From contig OZ024747.1 in NCBI GenBank assembly GCA_964016885.1, forward strand, positions 25,668,001-25,732,000: a stretch of DNA of 64,000 nucleotides, given 5' to 3'. The notes beneath the pieces were generated by a model that was not told the DNA's origin, did no database searches, and saw nothing but the letters and a program-made list of their open reading frames with translations. Position numbers and translations under genes: made by a program. Source of the stretch: Eledone cirrhosa (taxonomy: Eukaryota). Of this stretch, positions 57,325 through 64,000 are shown one piece after another; the first letter of the stretch is position 1, and every line of letters starts with the position of its first letter.

Positions 57325-57400
57325 CGAGGGAGTTGTGGTAAGGAATCAGATGGACCTAACGCATCAGAGTACTCAATACTTAGGGTAGTAGAGTGGGTAA

Positions 57401-57478
57401 TAGGAAAATGTATGACCCCGATGGGGTCGAAATAGCCGTCGAAACGGCTTGAGCTCTGCCGTCGGGGTCATACATTTT

Positions 57479-57482
<4 letters not shown>
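57401..57482. repeat. Branched hairpin, 24 bp arms
   Basis: taggaaaatgtatgaccccgatgg versus ccgtcggggtcatacattttccta (23/24 match). Confidence 0.9.
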
Positions 57483-57532
<50 letters not shown>

Positions 57533-57533
<1 letters not shown>

Positions 57534-57839
57534 TTAAGGTAAACATTGTTGCAATTCGATTCAAGCACTCAATGTACTTTTTCCACATAGGAGTGACAGA
57601 GTATATTTAGAATAAGAAAATGCAAAGTAGTTTCAGATGTTAAAGTCCTTTAATGGTAATGCTGTGATACATATTTCAATGACGACAGTGGCCACATTGG
57701 AATATGTATCACAGCATTATCATTAAAGACTTTAACATCTGAAACTATGCATTTTCTTATTCTAAATATACTCCGTCACTCCTATGTGGAAAAAGTACGT
57801 TGAGTGCTCGAATCGAATTGCAACAATGTTTACCTTAAG
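57533..57839. repeat. ~149 bp-arm palindrome with 13 bp loop
   Basis: cttaaggtaaacattgttgcaattcg...cgaattgcaacaatgtttaccttaag; few mismatches. Confidence 0.95.
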
Positions 57840-58672
57840 AATTTAGCTCCAAAATGTAGAGCGCTTTTCGGTGCAACTGATATAGTGAAGAAGTGGAGGA
57901 ACCAGCTATCAGCTACACCCAGAAATTCCCCCTATCATGGGACTGATTACACACACTGGAAATCCCTACTACTAGACGGAAATAAAATTATAAACCAACT
58001 TTCAACTGGGTAAATAAGCGGAGCTAAAAGCAACTTTAAACCCCTTATTTTCCTGCAATAAATTGCATTTGCACAGAGGCCTTGAACGGAAGCCCCTCAC
58101 TTCATCTGATAACGAATTTTTATATGCACTTTATATGGACAAAATTGACAAGCCTTTTAGCCACTTATACTCTCATTTCCATACAGTTGATGTTTTTCTT
58201 ATATATTTTCTCATACATGTCTCCGCTCTCATTTTTCATCTATGTACTTTTTGTTTTGATTCATGTGATAGAAGAAGATATTAACTAATTATTTGCCTAT
58301 TTACTACGTTTCATACTGTAATTTACCCTCCATTCTACTGTATGGTACTATCGTTCAATATTTGGATTATATATCTGTAATACTGACCCCCCTTTCAAAA
58401 CTTCTTACTATAGTTTAAACATCTCCCTGTTTATTAGCTATTATATATATATATATATATATTTCGTTTCTGAATTTGTTTAGCAAGATTCTTTATCTGA
58501 AAATGTGTGTTGAAACCGATATTGTTATACTTTGGGAGGGTCATGTTGCCAATAAGAAACACATGCACCAGTTGCTTTCACTTCAATTTATTATAATAAA
58601 TTTATAAATTTAGGAATTTATAAATTTCCGGTTGGTTGGTTGGTTCCACAACCAGATGGTTGTTTATATATT

Positions 58673-58715
58673 GTCAAAGTTCTTTCGTCACACATTCTGT
58701 GACCTCTTCAGTGAC
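58673..58715 (-). ncRNA. Minimal hammerhead ribozyme in the PLE 3' region (left arm)
   Basis: Exact reverse complement of 61171-61213. Confidence 0.75.
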
Positions 58716-60216
58716 TGGGGATTCTTTTCTTTGTTTTTGTGCCTCTCCTTTGTTCTGTCCTACGCCATCTTGTTTCTGTGTGTGTGTTGTGTGCTCAGTC
58801 TGCGCATGCGCCACATCCAGGTTGCTGTGTGTGTTTATATTCGTTTATTTATTTGTTTATTTACATGTTACAGGTTGGTTGTTTGTTCTATGTGCGTGTG
58901 TGTTTTCATTTTGTCCTTAATTGTAAGTTGTGATGTTGCTGTTCCACTCATGTTTTCTATTTAATTTTGGTTGTAATTCTTTTATGTTTATTGCCTCTGT
59001 GATTTGTCTAAACATTGCGTCTTTTCTGTGTGTAGATTCTATTTTTATTTCTATGTTCTCTAATTTACCCTTATGTTCTATTTTAGCATGTTGGTAGAGT
59101 ACAGATGATTCTTTACTATCTTTAAGTTCTCGCCAGTGTTCATTTATCCTTGCCCCTACACTACGAGCTGTCTCACCTATGTACACTATATTTTTGTCGC
59201 TACATTGTCCTTCAGTACATCTTATGCTATATACTACATTTCTAGTTTTACAGTTAATATGGGGGCTTAATTTACAGGTTATACATTTCTTATCTATAGA
59301 GGGGGGGTCTTTGAAAAGGGTATGTCTTGCTAATAAGTGTTTTTATGGAGGTACCTGGTCTGTCTACTATCTTAATATTGAGTTTATGTTTATCTAGGGA
59401 CCTTCTAAATTTGTAAGCTAATTCACCTCTAGGGGTTGTATCGATGAACATTACACTCTGGTATTTATTGCTATCATACTATGAGTTTATTCTATTAGCC
59501 TTATTCCTAGTTCTTTCTATTCTATTCCAAAATTTGCTCCTATACAAGGGGCAGGTCCCATTTGTGTCATTATTTACCATTTTTTCCCATTTGGTTCTGG
59601 CTCCTCTATACACTCTGATTTTTTTCTCTATGATTGTAACCAGAGAACTGCATACAGTGGATGAAGTGTTGTATGTGTCTCTCTAGTTCTTCGGGGTTGC
59701 ACATGCGGGACACGTTTCTCATCACCCGTACCAAATCCGGAATCAGTATGTTGATTTTGGAATGGTCCGAAACAGCTGAGTTTCGGTGGATCAGATATTT
59801 GGAAGTCATGGGTTTGGCATAATGGGAATGGAGGATTTGTTTTTTGTTATTAATGGTATCTAACCAGAGCTCTGTGTCTAGTACAGGTAATCGATGGTTG
59901 GGGTGTTTGCTTGGGTAGTCTATAGTAACTCTAATACTCTGGTGGATGGATTTAGCTATTTGCTGGATGCTTTCCATTGTGTTTTTCTCTAATTCCTGAC
60001 TGTTCTCTAGTGGGGTGTTTTAACTACGATGTTTATATCATCAACGTAGTGGGAGTACATTATCAGGGTTAAGGGGTCTTCTAATTGTTCTTTAAGTTTA
60101 AGTTTAAGTCTACTGTCCCACCATACCATGAATAAGTTAGCTATGTCGCCTGCAATGCTAACAGCAATGGCTGCTCCCTCCTCTTGGGCATATGTTTTTC
60201 CATTACAACACTTTTC

Positions 60217-60969
60217 CAACACTTCATCCACCGTATGCAGTTCTCTGGTTACAATCAGAGAGAAAAAATCAGAGTGTATAGAGGAGCCAGAACCAAATGG
60301 GAAAAAATGGTAAATAATGACACAAATAGGACCTGCCCCATGTATAGGAGCAAATTTTGGAATAGAATAGAAAGAACTAGGAATAAGGCTAATAGAATAA
60401 ACTCATGGTATGATAGCAATAAATACCAGAGTGTAATGTTCATCGATACAACCCCTAGAGGTGAATTAGCTTACAAATTTAGAAGGGCCCTAGATAAACA
60501 TAAACTCAATATTAAGATAGTAGAAAGACCAGGTACCTCCATAAAAACACTTATTAGCAAGACATACCCTTTTCAAAGACCCCCCTCTATAGATAAGAAA
60601 TGTATAACCTGTAAATTAAGCCCCCATATTAACTGTAAAACTAGAAATGTAGTATATAGCATAAGATGTACTGAAGGACAATGTAGGGACAAAAATATAG
60701 TGTACATAGGTGAGACAGCTCGTAGTGTAGGGGAACGGATAAATGAACATTGGCGAGACCTTCAAGATAGTAAAGAATCATCTGTACTCTACCAACATGC
60801 TAAAATAGAACATAAGGGTAAATTAGAGAATATAGAAATAAAAATAGAATCTACACACAGAAAAGACACAATGTTTACACAAATCACAGAGGCAATAAAC
60901 ATAAAAGAATTACAACCAAAATTAAATGGAAAACATGAGTGGAACAGCTACATCACAACTTACAATTAA
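60217..60969 (+). CDS. PLE RT thumb/linker + GIY-YIG endonuclease (5'-truncated, uninterrupted)
   Basis: CITC....NCKTRNVVYSIRC....C....VYIGETARSVGERINEH...QITEAINI...PKLN.KHEW. Confidence 0.85.
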   Translation, partial: QHFIHRMQFSGYNQREKIRVYRGARTKWEKMVNNDTNRTCPMYRSKFWNRIERTRNKANRINSWYDSNKYQSVMFIDTTPRGELAYKFRRALDKHKLNIKIVERPGTSIKTLISKTYPFQRPPSIDKKCITCKLSPHINCKTRNVVYSIRCTEGQCRDKNIVYIGETARSVGERINEHWRDLQDSKESSVLYQHAKIEHKGKLENIEIKIESTHRKDTMFTQITEAINIKELQPKLNGKHEWNSYITTYN

Positions 60970-61170
60970 GGACAAAATGAAAACACACACGCACATAGAA
61001 CAAACAACCAACCTGTAACATGTAAATAAACAAATAAATAAACGAATATAAACACACACAGACACCCGGATGTGGCGCATGCGCAGACTGAGCACACAAC
61101 ACACACACAGAAACAAGATGGCGTCGGACAGAACAAAGGAGAGGCACAAAAACAAAGAAAAGAATCCCCA

Positions 61171-61213
61171 GTCACTGAAGAGGTCACAGAATGTGTGACG
61201 AAAGAACTTTGAC
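61171..61213 (+). ncRNA. Minimal hammerhead ribozyme in the PLE 3' region (right arm)
   Basis: gtca CTGAAGA g gtcaca-gaatg-tgtgac GAAA gaac TT tgac. Confidence 0.75.
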
Positions 61214-61359
61214 AATATATAAACAACCATCTGGTTGTGGAACCAACCAACCAACCGGAAATTTATAAATTCCTAAATTTATAAATTTATTATAATAAAT
61301 TGAAGTGAAAGCAACTGGTGCGTGTGTTTCTTATTGGCAACATGACCCTCCCAAAGTAT

Positions 61360-61465
<106 letters not shown>

Positions 61466-61489
61466 TTATTTACTTCAATCAAGATTTTA

Positions 61490-62083
61490 ACTTGTAATTT
61501 TTTAATTTCTAATTTTTAATCATAATTTCCCCTGTGAAACCATAATATCTAGAATTAAGTTTATATTCTCTTAGTGGCTGATGGTCAATTCTATTGTCCA
61601 AGCATAATTTAGGGGTAGTATTGAGGCCTATTGAGAGACATACTCTGCCACCACCACTAGGTTTCGGTCAACTGCCGCTAGCAGGGTGACTAACAGTAAA
61701 CTATAACTGTGTCATATTACAGACCTGGATGTGGGTGATTGTTTCGTTGGGGTATGAGGGGACCTGCCTAGGCGAGTTTCGTAGAGTTTTGGAGTAGTGG
61801 ATGGTCAACTTCCTCCGGACTTGCGCCTGCGCAAACCGGTGGGGTTGAATTGGGACTCACAAGGGAATGGACGAAGGATTCAAGAGCACCTGCTTTGTTG
61901 TTCCCTTGTCGATTCAATTTGGATTGCCTTGGGAACATAATCTTATTATGTAAGAAGCTGTCTGATGATGTCAGGGCACTGGCTACACCGAAGAGTGTGG
62001 CCACTGTTGTCATTGAAATATGTATCACAACATTATCATTAAAGGACTTTAACATCGGAAACTACTTTGCATTTTCTTATTCT
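61490..62083 (+). mobile_element. Degenerate retroelement-like segment (possibly L1/Tx1 C-terminus) overlapping the 57533 palindrome sequence
   Basis: 61997-62083 is the reverse complement of about 57607-57696; frameshifted C..C...SVA.VVIE.C motif. Confidence 0.4.
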
Positions 62084-64000
62084 ATATATATATATATATT
62101 TCTCCCTCTACATCTCTGGAAGAAATCAACTCTCTTCACACCGAGAGAGGGGATGGATTCTGCCAGGTTTAAAGTGCCCAAGACATGCTATATGTTATGA
62201 TGGCCCTCCTACAACTCCACCAGGATTCATGGAACAACACATATATACATCAAAGGATTAAAAATTTGCTGTCAGAAAGTAATCACAGAAAAGAAAACAA
62301 AAAACAAGCAGAAAAAAGGCAGAATGTAGAAAACTAGGGTTGCTGGAGTTTTGTTCTAATAATATTTGAGACAAGCCACCAGACTCACAACATTATTTTG
62401 GGTGATAGTGAGGTTAAGTTGCTAAGATAGGCAAGCACTTTCACCTAAGAAATGCTTAACAGTATTTGTTCTGGCTCTTTATGTTCTGAGTTCAAATCTT
62501 TCCAGGGTCAATAAAATAAAGTACCAGTAAAAAACTGGGGTAAAATTGCTGGCCTTGTGTTTAAATTAGAAATTATCATTTATGTTATTGTATTTATATT
62601 AGAGGAATATGTTTATTAAGTAAGTAATACAATAATATGTTGAAATCATAGAACCAAATTTTTAGCTCAAGGTTACAACTCAGAGATTTCTAAGCAGGTT
62701 TTAATTTCTCATAGGTGGGAGTATATATCGAAAAAGAAACAATGCCAACAATGTTGAATGCACACACACACAGACATGCACAGACACAGACATGCACACA
62801 CACAGACTTGAACACACACAGACATGCGCACGCACACACTCACAGATATACACACATCCATACAAATATGAGAACCCATACATACAGCCATACATACACA
62901 CACATGCATCCCCATATTCACACTCCCTATACATAGAAGTACATTATATATGTTATCCAAAGGCCAGAGCGCTTAGCACCAGTGCACTGGTACTAAGCTC
63001 TACTGGCCTTGTAGTAGCTACTGTATTGTAGAGACTCATTTTTATTAACTGAGTCTTCCCCCAAACCTATTTTATGGTATCTAAATATAATATGTAATTT
63101 TTTCTCTTGTGACATTTTCCCCCATGACTTTTCCCCTTGGATTCAGCCAGTTTTTTCCTAATCCTTCTTCACCATGATATAATTCTTCCTTCTGGAATTA
63201 TTCCCTGTCAAAGGTTTGACATCTTTACAGAAGTTTAAGCTGAATAACAACAACAACATCCATCTTACAAGGTCATGGACACTCAACTAAACCATTATAA
63301 ATGATATATAGTATATTTGAGACAATGTCAAGACATGTGGTCTCGTGGTTAAGGGTGTTAGGCTCCTGTTTCTAAAGTCAAGAGTTTGATTCCCAGTCTG
63401 GGCAATATATTGTGTTTTTGAGTTAGGCAATTTATTTTACATTGCTCCAGAGTACTCAGCTGGTAAAAAGGAGTTACTATGGCTTTGATGTTGTATTAGC
63501 ATTTGATTTTTCCTTGGACAACAGTATGATATGAATTCTGATAACATTTTTACCAAACTGTTTCGTCTTTTGCATTTACCAATGTCATATATAGTGTATA
63601 TATATATATAGGGTATGAATTGTGATGATACTGGTGCCAAACTGTATTGGTCATTGCTTTTCTCTTGGGCAACATTGGTGGTGTGGAGAGGGGAGACTGG
63701 CAAGCATGGATAACTGCTGATCTTCTACAAAACACTTTATCTGGGATCATGCCTTGGAGAGGAGCTTCCAGCTGCAAACCTATGGGCAACCACAATGGAT
63801 GCCGGCTCATAAACAAAAATATCTGAGACAATAAATCCAATATATCTATATTTATCTTAGACAGATGTGTTAAAATCATAAAATGATATTCTTCTATTCT
63901 TTCATTAGACTGTGGCCATGCTGGGGCACGACTTTGAAGGGATTAAATCTATTATATCAATCTCCTTACCTATATTTTCAAGTCTGGTACTTATTTTATA

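Noticed and set aside
60970-61170. SECIS element or selenocysteine codon, as reported for some Naiad PLEs
   Set aside because: No in-frame TGA in the 250-codon arm ORF and no AUGA-AA-GA kink-turn stem visible in the 3'UTR.

Overview
AT-rich, repeat-dense animal genomic DNA. The SINE/RTE repertoire and (TA)n load look like an octopus or other cephalopod, which is inference only. No complete host protein-coding gene is visible; the window appears intronic/intergenic. It holds a 4.8 kb TATA/TACA satellite beside a 200-N gap, many tRNA-derived SINEs, piggyBac- and mariner-type MITEs, and a near full-length RTE LINE with a PHD finger inside ORF2 plus an inverted 5'-truncated sister copy. Also present are CRE and BovB-like fragments, two tandem Tx1/L1-type 3' ends in (TATC)n, a U2 snRNA pseudogene, and a TE-poor CpG-richer island with divergent splice donors. 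The strongest signal is a Penelope-like (probably Naiad-type) RT/GIY-YIG element arranged as a ~1.15 kb inverted dimer between two (TA)n tracts, each arm carrying a minimal hammerhead ribozyme. Three more, sequence-unrelated hammerhead motifs lie at 50-52 kb. Candidate microexons occur at 6.9, 8.1 and 28.7 kb. The huge Y/I-rich ORFs are microsatellite artefacts.
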